The translations under genes and the position numbers were made by a program. A stretch of DNA of 53,863 nt from Acidimicrobiia bacterium (GTDB lineage Bacteria; Actinomycetota; Acidimicrobiia; Spongiisociales; UBA5794). Shown one piece after another: positions 38,082-46,296 of the stretch. Numbering within the stretch: the first letter of the stretch is position 1; each line of letters begins with the position of its first letter. The stretch is taken from contig JASJEG010000004.1 of NCBI GenBank assembly GCA_030064765.1, positions 1-53,863 on the forward strand, written 5' to 3'. The notes below the pieces were generated by a model. It was not told where the DNA came from. It did no database searches and worked only from the letters and a program-made list of their open reading frames with translations.

Positions 38082-38108
38082 TTAAGCACAGAGCGCAACG
38101 GCCGACAT
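38082..38108 (+). promoter_or_regulatory. Sigma-28-type promoter for flbD
   Basis: TTAA-N15-GCCGACAT. Confidence 0.7.
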
Positions 38109-38159
38109 GAGTAGTAAGCAAGCAAAGGCTGGCTGGCAGCCTGGCAAAGGAGACGACGA

Positions 38160-38393
38160 ATGATCGCCGTACATCGACTTCGAGGTGAGCCGATGTTTCT
38201 CAACGCCGACCTCGTCGAGTCCATTGAGGCAACACCGGACACGGTGCTGACGCTTGTTGACGGGCGCCGCATCGTTGTCGCCGACACACCGGAGGAAGTC
38301 GCCGAGCGGATCGTAGAGTTCCGCGCCTCGATTCTGGTGAGCGCAGCCGAGCTGCGCGGCGCAACCACACCGGTTGCCACGATCCATTCCTGA
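38160..38393 (+). CDS. flbD: Flagellar FlbD (SwrD) family protein
   Basis: MIAVHRL.G....LNADLVESIEATPDTVLTL.DG. Confidence 0.92.
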   Translation: MIAVHRLRGEPMFLNADLVESIEATPDTVLTLVDGRRIVVADTPEEVAERIVEFRASILVSAAELRGATTPVATIHS

Positions 38394-38457
38394 GGACCCT
38401 ATTGGCGCGACGGGCAAGACCCGGTAGCGTGATGGTGCCGCATTTGAGGAGGCAGAA

Positions 38458-39327
38458 ATGCAGCACCGGCGCGTCCTCGCGCATTCCCTGGCGTTGGTTG
38501 TCCTTCTCGCTGCCTGCAGTACCGACCTGACCGATGAGCCCGGAGCGCCGTCCAATGGTGGTTCGGATTCCGCTGCAGCAGAGGTGACGACAACCACCAG
38601 TCCGTTCTCGACCACCACCACAACGTCAACCATCCCTCCGCGACTGATCCCGCTCCTTGAGTCGCCACCAGCCTTCGAGGAAGTGGCTCTCCTCACCAGC
38701 GACGACCTCGAGCTCTACGCCAAGTACTGGCCGGGTGGCCCGGTCGCAGTGCTTGCCGGTCATGACTTCTATACGACGTCCGACGCTGACGACGGCGTCG
38801 ATCCACAGAGCTCGGACTCCATCGTCTGGTGGACAGGTGTGCTCGCGGATCAAGGATTCACGGTCCTGTCGCCGGACTATCGGGGACACGGCAGGTCTCC
38901 CGGTGAGACCAGCATCAATGACGCTCCAACCGACCTCAAGGCGGCCTACGACTTCTTGGTCGCCCGCGGTTACGAGAAGATCGTGATGGCCGGCCTGCTT
39001 GGCTCAGGCACCGCCGGGGTCGTTCTCGACGCTCAGGACCCCGATGTTGAATTCGCCGGCATCGCCATGATCTGGTCGGCTCCGCAGGAACTCGCGCTCG
39101 ATGCGCAACGTGTGCTGTACGGGATCGATGCTCCGATTTACCTGGTGTCCTTCGACAACAACCGTATCGAGCGTTGGTCGAAGCTGATGGCAGCGGAGAT
39201 CGATCATCTCTACGACCGGGTGATGTTCTACCCGGCACCCGATGGCGTGGACTGGGTACAGGCGAATGGCGAGGAGTTCGTCGGACGTCTGGTCGACTTC
39301 GTCGAGTACGTTGCTGCGGAGGGTTAG
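38458..39327 (+). CDS. Lipoprotein with alpha/beta hydrolase fold
   Basis: Lipobox LAAC, Thr-rich linker, GFTVLSPDYRGHGRS, DLKAAYDFL; nucleophile elbow atypical. Confidence 0.75.
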   Translation: MQHRRVLAHSLALVVLLAACSTDLTDEPGAPSNGGSDSAAAEVTTTTSPFSTTTTTSTIPPRLIPLLESPPAFEEVALLTSDDLELYAKYWPGGPVAVLAGHDFYTTSDADDGVDPQSSDSIVWWTGVLADQGFTVLSPDYRGHGRSPGETSINDAPTDLKAAYDFLVARGYEKIVMAGLLGSGTAGVVLDAQDPDVEFAGIAMIWSAPQELALDAQRVLYGIDAPIYLVSFDNNRIERWSKLMAAEIDHLYDRVMFYPAPDGVDWVQANGEEFVGRLVDFVEYVAAEG

Positions 39328-39427
39328 GTATCGAGTTCTGCGCAGCAGAACTCGATACCTTTCTTGGGAGCACTGGCTCCCAAGAAAGGCGAAACCCCCC
39401 TGGGAGGGGGGGAAGAGGGGTTTCGCC
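39326..39427. terminator. Three abutting hairpins between convergent genes
   Basis: 16-bp stem 39326-39360, 14-bp stem 39358-39389, 11-bp stem 39388-39427. Confidence 0.7.
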
Positions 39428-39437
39428 CTGGAGGGAT

Positions 39438-40283
39438 CTATCCGTGCAGTATCAAGGCCAGATCGGGGTCGTCGTCGGCCGCGTCGAGCCGGCTTCGCCA
39501 GTTGCTGTCTGCCGAGAGCTGCGCCACATAGGCGGCACGAGCCCGTTTGCCGGCAGCGTCGTCGCTGACATCGGGGGCGCCTTCGTATAGCGTCCCGAAC
39601 CATGCCCGCAGCGACGTGAGCGCCTCCGACCGAATCTGCGAAACCCTGGCCTGGGTAACGCCGAGGTCCTTGGCGATGTCCTGGAGCATTTCGCCGTTGA
39701 AGTAGTACCGCTCAATGACCTCGGCGTGGGTGGCGGGTAGACCGACGACTGCGGTCCGCAGTGTGCCGAGCATCTCGCGCTGCTCGAGAGCAGCTTCCGG
39801 TTGAACGGAGGTGTCCTGATCAACGATCGTGTCACGTAGCGACACGCTGTCGTCGGGACGCTGGTGATCCAGGTACAGAAGCATGGAGGCAGCCGACTGA
39901 GCCTGGGTCTTGTCGAGTTCTTCTACTGTCACGCCAAGTGCCTTGGCGAGAGTCTCCCGATCCGGCTCTCGCCCCGTCGAATCGCGCAGATCCGAGCTCG
40001 TCTCTTCCATCTCCCGATAGCGCCGCCGCACTGAGCGAGATGCCCAGTCCCGGGTGCGAGTCGAGTCGATGATGGCGCCACGAATCCGAATTGCTGCATA
40101 GCGTTCGAACGGGATACCGGAATCGGGGTTGAATCGTCTGGCCGCTTCCACCAATCCGAGCGCGCCGGCATTCCAGAGCTCTTCTCTGTCTACGTGGCGG
40201 GGATAGCGAGCGGAGACTTTGGCGACGGTGCGCCCTACCAGGTCGAGATGATCACGAACCAATTGGTTCGTCTCATGCTCCAT
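39438..40283 (-). CDS. fliA: FliA/WhiG family sigma factor (sigma-28)
   Basis: GLVEAARRFNP..G..F..YA.IRIRGAIID..R..DW..RSVR; LGVTQARVSQI; divergent from flagellin. Confidence 0.93.
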   Translation of the reverse strand: MEHETNQLVRDHLDLVGRTVAKVSARYPRHVDREELWNAGALGLVEAARRFNPDSGIPFERYAAIRIRGAIIDSTRTRDWASRSVRRRYREMEETSSDLRDSTGREPDRETLAKALGVTVEELDKTQAQSAASMLLYLDHQRPDDSVSLRDTIVDQDTSVQPEAALEQREMLGTLRTAVVGLPATHAEVIERYYFNGEMLQDIAKDLGVTQARVSQIRSEALTSLRAWFGTLYEGAPDVSDDAAGKRARAAYVAQLSADSNWRSRLDAADDDPDLALILHG

Positions 40284-40350
40284 GTCTCTCTTACCCATTT
40301 GTACTGGCCTCCATGGATTGCCCCACCCGGACAATCCGTGCATTAGGGAG

Positions 40351-40378
40351 AGATCGGGATCTGGAGAACTAGCCTTGA
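40351..40378 (-). promoter_or_regulatory. Possible autoregulatory sigma-28-type promoter for fliA
   Basis: TCAA-N16-CCCGATCT. Confidence 0.5.
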
Positions 40379-40410
40379 TGACCATTCTTCAAATAGTCAC
40401 TCTCTGTGGC

Positions 40411-40438
40411 CTTATGCCGGCCGCCCGACTGCCGATAG
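40411..40438 (+). promoter_or_regulatory. Sigma-28-type promoter for flagellin
   Basis: CTTA-N16-GCCGATAG. Confidence 0.8.
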
Positions 40439-40456
40439 TGGTGGGTGGAAGCGTTG

Positions 40457-40505
40457 ACATGGATGTTGACGTGGAGCGAACGCACCGTCCTACAAGGAGG
40501 TACTT
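40457..40505 (+). promoter_or_regulatory. Two CsrA-binding sites in the flagellin leader
   Basis: ACATGGATGT (40457-40466) and TACAAGGAGGTA (40491-40502) overlapping the SD. Confidence 0.75.
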
Positions 40506-40508
40506 ACA

Positions 40509-41303
40509 GTGCGTATCAACCAGAACATTGCGGCATTCAACTCGTACCGCAATCTTTCCGCGACCAATATCCAGTTGGGTAAGTCGCTCGAGAAACTGTC
40601 TTCGGGTTTCCGGATCAATCGTGCCGCCGATGACGCTGCCGGTTTGGCAAAGTCTGAGTCGCTGCGGGCCGAGATCAACGGGTCGCGGCAGGCGATTCGT
40701 AACGCCCAAGACGGTGTAAGTCTTGTTCAAACTGCTGAGGGTGCCCTCAATGAGGTGCATGCGATTCTGCAGCGGATGCGTGAGCTGGCTGTTGATGCCG
40801 CTAACACCGCAACCACTACAGGTGCCGCTCAGCAGGCCGAGGTGACCCAGCTGCTCGCTGAGATCAACGCCATCGGTACCAACACCAAGTTCGCCGGACA
40901 GAGCGTATTCACCGCCAGTGCCCGGACATTCCATGTCGGCGCCGGTGCGGATCAGGTCCTCTCGGTGACCGTGGGCACGCTGACCACCGGCGGGCTGACC
41001 ATCGACTCTGTGAACCTGCAGACCGGTGCCAACGCAGCGATCGGCGCAGTTGACGGCGCCATCGGCGCAGTCTCGACTCTGCGTTCGACTTTGGGTGCTA
41101 CTCAGAATCGTCTGGAGCACACTGTGGCGAATCTGAGTGTTGCTGTGGAGAATCTGTCGGCTTCTGAGTCCCGGGTTCGTGACACGGATATGGCTGCCGA
41201 GATGGTGTCGTTCACCAGGCATCAGATCATGGTGCAGGCGGGTACGGCGATGTTGGCGCAGGCCAACCAGGTGCCGGCCTCCGTCCTCAACCTGCTCGCC
41301 TAG
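40509..41303 (+). CDS. fliC: Flagellin (264 aa, minimal)
   Basis: MRINQNIAA...EKLSSGFRINRAADDAAGL; RSTLGATQNRLEH; SRVRDTDMAAEM; AMLAQAN. Confidence 0.97.
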   Translation: MRINQNIAAFNSYRNLSATNIQLGKSLEKLSSGFRINRAADDAAGLAKSESLRAEINGSRQAIRNAQDGVSLVQTAEGALNEVHAILQRMRELAVDAANTATTTGAAQQAEVTQLLAEINAIGTNTKFAGQSVFTASARTFHVGAGADQVLSVTVGTLTTGGLTIDSVNLQTGANAAIGAVDGAIGAVSTLRSTLGATQNRLEHTVANLSVAVENLSASESRVRDTDMAAEMVSFTRHQIMVQAGTAMLAQANQVPASVLNLLA

Positions 41304-41337
41304 TCAACCAACCAAAACAACCAAGAACCTCCCTACT

Positions 41338-41369
41338 GAAGGGGGCGGCGCTGCCGCCCCCTTCTTCTT
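41338..41369 (+). terminator. Intrinsic terminator after fliC
   Basis: GAAGGGGGCGGC-GCT-GCCGCCCCCTTC then TTCTT. Confidence 0.8.
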
Positions 41370-41394
41370 GATTCGCCCGCCGCCCGGCCGACTG
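41368..41394 (+). promoter_or_regulatory. Sigma-28-type promoter for glycosyltransferase
   Basis: TTGA-N15-GCCGACTG. Confidence 0.55.
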
Positions 41395-41423
41395 TCACAT
41401 GGCGTAGTTATGAAGGAGCATTG

Positions 41424-43448
41424 ATGCACATCGTCGTCTTGGCCTATGGCCCCGGCTCTCATACCAAGCGTGCTGTGCACCGGGCCCGCAAGCTGGTCGG
41501 CACCGGGCAAACGTTGTCCGTTGTCCCCGCCTCCACGGTGGGTCGGGATGCGATGGAGAACCTTGCCGGGGCGAAGAAGATCGAGACTATCGGGACTGCC
41601 GGACTGCGGACGGCGTTCGAAGGGCTCGGCACTGAATCCACACTTCTGATTCACGACGACGTTGTCCTCACGACGCGAGGATTGATGGCACTGGAGCGGG
41701 AGTTGGCCGCCGGCGCCCGTTTTGCCGTCCCCTACAGCAATGACCAGGCAATGGAGTACTTCGTCGGGTCGCTACCCGCGGGCAAGGACGCGGAGCGTTT
41801 CCTCGACCAAGTACCGGTACCGGACGAGTCAAGGCCGGTTGATGCTGTGAGATCGGCGTGCATCGCCGGCGCCGCAGAAGACCTAATCGAGCTTCTCGGA
41901 GAATCACTACCCGATCCCTACGCAGCGGTGACCTCGACAGAGCTCGGGTTTGTCGTGGCGGGCGGTGCGTTGGCGTCCCACGAGACACAGTGCGTGCATC
42001 AGCTGGCCGATCCGGAGGGCTCCGAGTCTCCGCTCCTGGTTGCTGCTCTCATCGTGAAGGATGAGGAGGAGATGCTCCCCGACTGCATCGCGTCGCTGCA
42101 GGAGGTGTGCGACCGCATTGAGATCTGCGACACCGGCTCCAGCGATAGGACGGTCAGCATCGCCGAGGCAGCGGGCGCAGTAGTCAGCCATACCGAGTGG
42201 AACGATGACTTCGGGGCGGCGAGGAACTTCGTACTGGAGCGCTGCCGCGATGCCCAATACGTGATCGTCGTCGACGCTGATGAGCGGGTGTCGTGCGCCG
42301 ACCCCGAACACACCCGCCGATATCTCGCCACCTATGCCCGCGAGCATCCGGCATTCCGGGTCGAGGTCGCCAACTTCGAATCCGATGGGACAGAGCTCTA
42401 TCGCTTCACAACCGTCCGGATATTCCAGGCGCAGGGAACCGAGTACGTCGGTTCGCTCCACGAAATGGTGCACCTGAATGGAGAAGACCTGCCGCTGGAC
42501 GGGCACCGCTTCGACCAGATCAAAATCGACCACCATGGGTATGCCGGCGACCTGATCAGCGAGAAGGACAAAGCGATCCGCAATCTCGAACTCGCCGAGG
42601 CACAGCACGAGATAGACAACGATGCCCGCTCTGCGATTCACCTAGCGAGATCGCTCACCTACGCCCACGAGTCACCCGAGCGGGCCCTCGAGCTCCTGGA
42701 GCAAGGCTTGACCGGGACCAGGAGCAAGGTAGCCGAGGCACAGATCAAGGGACTCATCGCCGATCGCCTTGTTGCACTCTCCGAGTATCGGAGGGCTTTC
42801 GATATGGCGGCCGAAGCGTTGGAGCTGCTGCCGGGCGATGACACCGCCCTCGGTGCGCTGGGCGCGGCCACCGACAAGCTCGGCAATCACCAGGAGTTCA
42901 TAGCAATTGGAGAGCGGCAGCGAGGAGCCAACTCGGCAAAACACGTGATCAAGATCGATCACAATCGACTTGTCTTCCAGGATCGCATGATTGCCGCATA
43001 TGCAGCGATAGGGCAGGTCGAGCAAGCGGTCGAAATCGCTATCGCCACCCTCACCGAGGACTCGAGCGCGCTGCGCTCGTGGCCGGAACTGATCGACGCA
43101 CTCAGCTCGCTTTACGGCGCCGCATCCACCGAATTGCTGCTGCCGATGGCACTGCTCGATGTGGGCGGAGGCTTCTTGGAACCCGCCATCAAGACCTATC
43201 CCTCCGACACGCTGGCCGGATTCTGTGCTGCCTACCTGGAGCGGGGTGGCCGGATCACCGAAGTGATCCGGGTAGGCCTGCTTGCCGCCGCCATGTCGGG
43301 CAACGACGCCGCTTTCGACGCAATGGTCCCAGCCGTACGAGATCTGGATGAAAGCACCCGCACCGGCCTTGCGCAGCGGATAGCAGCCGGCGGCCGGTCG
43401 GACCTGGCCGAGAAGCTCTCCCGGGAGCCCGTCGCAGCTAGTCACTAG
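41424..43448 (+). CDS. GT2 glycosyltransferase with TPR-like region, probable flagellin glycosylation
   Basis: LIVKDEE..L..C, DTGSSDRT, W.DDF.AARN, DADE, HE, HHGY, K..RNL; next to fliC. Confidence 0.85.
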   Translation: MHIVVLAYGPGSHTKRAVHRARKLVGTGQTLSVVPASTVGRDAMENLAGAKKIETIGTAGLRTAFEGLGTESTLLIHDDVVLTTRGLMALERELAAGARFAVPYSNDQAMEYFVGSLPAGKDAERFLDQVPVPDESRPVDAVRSACIAGAAEDLIELLGESLPDPYAAVTSTELGFVVAGGALASHETQCVHQLADPEGSESPLLVAALIVKDEEEMLPDCIASLQEVCDRIEICDTGSSDRTVSIAEAAGAVVSHTEWNDDFGAARNFVLERCRDAQYVIVVDADERVSCADPEHTRRYLATYAREHPAFRVEVANFESDGTELYRFTTVRIFQAQGTEYVGSLHEMVHLNGEDLPLDGHRFDQIKIDHHGYAGDLISEKDKAIRNLELAEAQHEIDNDARSAIHLARSLTYAHESPERALELLEQGLTGTRSKVAEAQIKGLIADRLVALSEYRRAFDMAAEALELLPGDDTALGALGAATDKLGNHQEFIAIGERQRGANSAKHVIKIDHNRLVFQDRMIAAYAAIGQVEQAVEIAIATLTEDSSALRSWPELIDALSSLYGAASTELLLPMALLDVGGGFLEPAIKTYPSDTLAGFCAAYLERGGRITEVIRVGLLAAAMSGNDAAFDAMVPAVRDLDESTRTGLAQRIAAGGRSDLAEKLSREPVAASH

Positions 43449-43540
43449 CGAGGGCTCGCCGGTCACCCGGCTGCATCCATGGAATCCTGTCGACAGGCTC
43501 CGACAGCTAGCATCACCGAGCCATCCCCAAGGGACCTCGA

Positions 43541-44464
43541 GTGCTGCTTTCCTTCATCTACGTCGTCGTCGGGCTCATTCTGCTCATGGGCGCGTCCGAT
43601 CGCTTCGTCGAGTCGGCGGTGCGACTGTCTCGAACGCTCGGCGTATCGATCGTCCTGATCGGGGCGCTGATCGTCGGCCTCGGTACCTCACTGCCCGAGC
43701 TGCTTGTCTCGGTGATTGCCTCCGTTGACGGACAGATTGATGTGGCAATGGCCAACGTGACGGGTTCCAACGTCGCCAACGTATCGCTGGTATTGGGTAC
43801 GGCAGCGCTGGTGACACCGATCATGAGCCGCACGCTGATCCTGCGGCGCGAAGGACTGCTCATGTTCGTCGCAGTCTGCTCTCTCGCCGCTGTGCTCTGG
43901 GATGGTGAAGTGTCGCGAATCGAGGGGTTCGCACTGTTGCTGGGCATGAGCGTCACGCTCGTTCTGCTCGTGCGCTGGGCGTCGACCGACCCGGACGGCA
44001 TCATCGAGCTCGACGACCAGACAGCCCACTCCGTTCCAGGTGAGCTGCTAATCGGACTCGCTGCGTTGGCCGTCACCGTCTTTGCGGCCCGGTTGCTCCT
44101 GAACGGCGCTCTGGATCTCGGGGAGCGATTCGGGCTCGGCGCAGCGTTCCTGGGAGTGCTCCTCGGCGTCGGGACGAGCCTGCCGGAGCTGGCTACAACC
44201 CTGGCTGCGGTAAGGCGCCACGAATCCGACCTGGTTATCGGGAACGTCCTCGGCTCCAATCTCTTCAATTCCTTTGCGGTCGCGGGTACAGCAGCTGCGT
44301 TCGGTCCCGGGACGCTGATCGATCTCTCTCGCCCGTCGCTGGTATTGATGGTCATGGTTGTCGGGCTGGCCGGCTGGTTCGCCTGGCGCGATCAGAAGGT
44401 CAGTAGGCCTGAGGGTGCCGTACTGCTGGCCATTTTTGTGGCGTTCACACTGTTGAGCTACTAA
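43541..44464 (+). CDS. Calcium/sodium antiporter (YrbG-like)
   Basis: Two repeats GTSLPEL...GSN. Confidence 0.92.
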   Translation: MLLSFIYVVVGLILLMGASDRFVESAVRLSRTLGVSIVLIGALIVGLGTSLPELLVSVIASVDGQIDVAMANVTGSNVANVSLVLGTAALVTPIMSRTLILRREGLLMFVAVCSLAAVLWDGEVSRIEGFALLLGMSVTLVLLVRWASTDPDGIIELDDQTAHSVPGELLIGLAALAVTVFAARLLLNGALDLGERFGLGAAFLGVLLGVGTSLPELATTLAAVRRHESDLVIGNVLGSNLFNSFAVAGTAAAFGPGTLIDLSRPSLVLMVMVVGLAGWFAWRDQKVSRPEGAVLLAIFVAFTLLSY

Positions 44465-44471
44465 CCACACA

Positions 44472-46205
44472 ATGACGAGCAACCAGGAAATCGCAAGAGC
44501 TCTGCAGGAGCTCGCCGACCTACTGACCATGGCCGAAGGCAGCAGGCAGGCGTTCCGGGTGCGCGCCTACGAGAAGGCAGTCGCCGCAATTCAAGCCCTT
44601 CCCGGCGACGCGGCAGAGATGACCGAAGCTCAGCTGGTTGCCATCCCCGGAGTCGGCAAGAGCACCGCCGCCAAGATCCGTGAGTACGTCGATACCGGCG
44701 AGATTGCCCGGGTCAAAGCGTTGCGGGAGCGCTTTCCCGCCGAGATGATGGAGATGACACGGATCCCGGGATTGGGCCCCAAGACGGTCGTGCTGCTCCG
44801 GGACCAACTTGGAATCGAATCGGTTGATCAACTGAGCCAGGCCATCGCCGCCGATGAGGTACAGGGAGTGCCGGGCTTCGGGCGCAAGTCGCAGGAGAAG
44901 ATCGCGACTGCAATCGAGCGGCTCGGATTGCACGGCAAGGACCGCCGCACACCGATCGCCGAGGCGCTACCGATAGCTCGCGATCTCGTTGCCACTCTGG
45001 AGGCACTGGACGAAGTCTCCCGCGCCCAGTATTGCGGCTCGCTGCGTCGCTTCCGGGAAACGATCGCCGACATCGACATCGTTGCGGCCAGCAATAGGCC
45101 AGAGGCAGTCATGGCTGCGTTTGTGCAGTTGCCTATCGTTTCCGAGATCATCGGCAGCGGCGACACCAAGACCTCAGTGCTGACCGCAAGCGGTCTCCAG
45201 ATCGACCTCCGTGTGGTCAAGCCAAGCCAGTTCGGATCGGCCATCCTCTACTTCACCGGTTCCAAGCAACACAACATCGAACTGCGGCAGCGAGCCATCG
45301 ATCGGGGCCTGCTTCTCAACGAGTACGGACTCGAGGATGCGGAGTCGGGCAAGGTCGTGGCCGCCAAGACGGAGAACGCCGTCTACCGCAAACTCGAAAT
45401 GCCGTTCATCCCTCCCGAAATGAGGGAAGGCATCGGCGAGGTCGGGCTCGAGGACATCCCCGACCTCGTATCTGTTGAGGACCTCCGCGGGGATCTGCAT
45501 GTCCACTCCACCTGGTCCGGTGACGGTCGGAGCAGCCTCGACGACATGGTTGCCGCGGCCGCTGCGCAGGGACTCGAGTACATCGCAATGACCGAACACG
45601 CCGAGGACCTGCGGATCAATGGCTTGAGTCGCGAGCAGGTGGCAGCCGAGCAGATCGAGATCGAACGCCTCCGGGAGGAGTACCCGGAGCTCACCATCCT
45701 GCACGGTTCCGAGCTCAACATCGGGCCCGACGGCAGCGTCGACTATGACCCGGCGTTTCTTGCCCGGTACGACTGGTGCGTTGCCAGCGTCCACACCTAC
45801 TTCGATCTCTCCGAGGCGGAGCAGACCGATCGTTTCATTACCGCAATGCAGAACCCTGCGGTCAACGCCATCGGGCATCTCACCGGACGCCGCATCGGCC
45901 ATCGCCCCTCGATCGAGCTCAATGCCAGGGCGGTCTTCGAGGCCGCAGCCGCCTCGGGCACCGCTCTCGAGATCAACGGCCATTTGCACCGACTCGACGT
46001 TCCGTCCGAACTGTTGCTGCAAGCGCGAGGAATCGAAGGTTTGCGCTTCACAATCTCAACCGACAGTCATCACACCAGCGAGTTCGAGAACCTGGCATGG
46101 GGGGTGGCCAATGCCCGGCGCGGCTGGGTTACCCGGGACTCCGTGATCAACACGCTCCCCCTCGACGAACTCCTCGAGTTCGTGGCGCGGAAGCGGACCG
46201 GCTGA
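44472..46205 (+). CDS. polX: DNA polymerase X with PHP domain
   Basis: GSLRR..ETIADID, DLRVV, YFTGSK.HN, NEYG; PHP DLHVHS, TEH, TDSHH. Confidence 0.93.
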   Translation: MTSNQEIARALQELADLLTMAEGSRQAFRVRAYEKAVAAIQALPGDAAEMTEAQLVAIPGVGKSTAAKIREYVDTGEIARVKALRERFPAEMMEMTRIPGLGPKTVVLLRDQLGIESVDQLSQAIAADEVQGVPGFGRKSQEKIATAIERLGLHGKDRRTPIAEALPIARDLVATLEALDEVSRAQYCGSLRRFRETIADIDIVAASNRPEAVMAAFVQLPIVSEIIGSGDTKTSVLTASGLQIDLRVVKPSQFGSAILYFTGSKQHNIELRQRAIDRGLLLNEYGLEDAESGKVVAAKTENAVYRKLEMPFIPPEMREGIGEVGLEDIPDLVSVEDLRGDLHVHSTWSGDGRSSLDDMVAAAAAQGLEYIAMTEHAEDLRINGLSREQVAAEQIEIERLREEYPELTILHGSELNIGPDGSVDYDPAFLARYDWCVASVHTYFDLSEAEQTDRFITAMQNPAVNAIGHLTGRRIGHRPSIELNARAVFEAAAASGTALEINGHLHRLDVPSELLLQARGIEGLRFTISTDSHHTSEFENLAWGVANARRGWVTRDSVINTLPLDELLEFVARKRTG

Positions 46206-46296
46206 TCCAGGCTCCGCTGAAGCGTCCGTTGTGTTAACAGTTTGGTAATGCCAGATTCGTCATCGCACCCCGATCGCCTTGCGTATCGTGCCGCCC

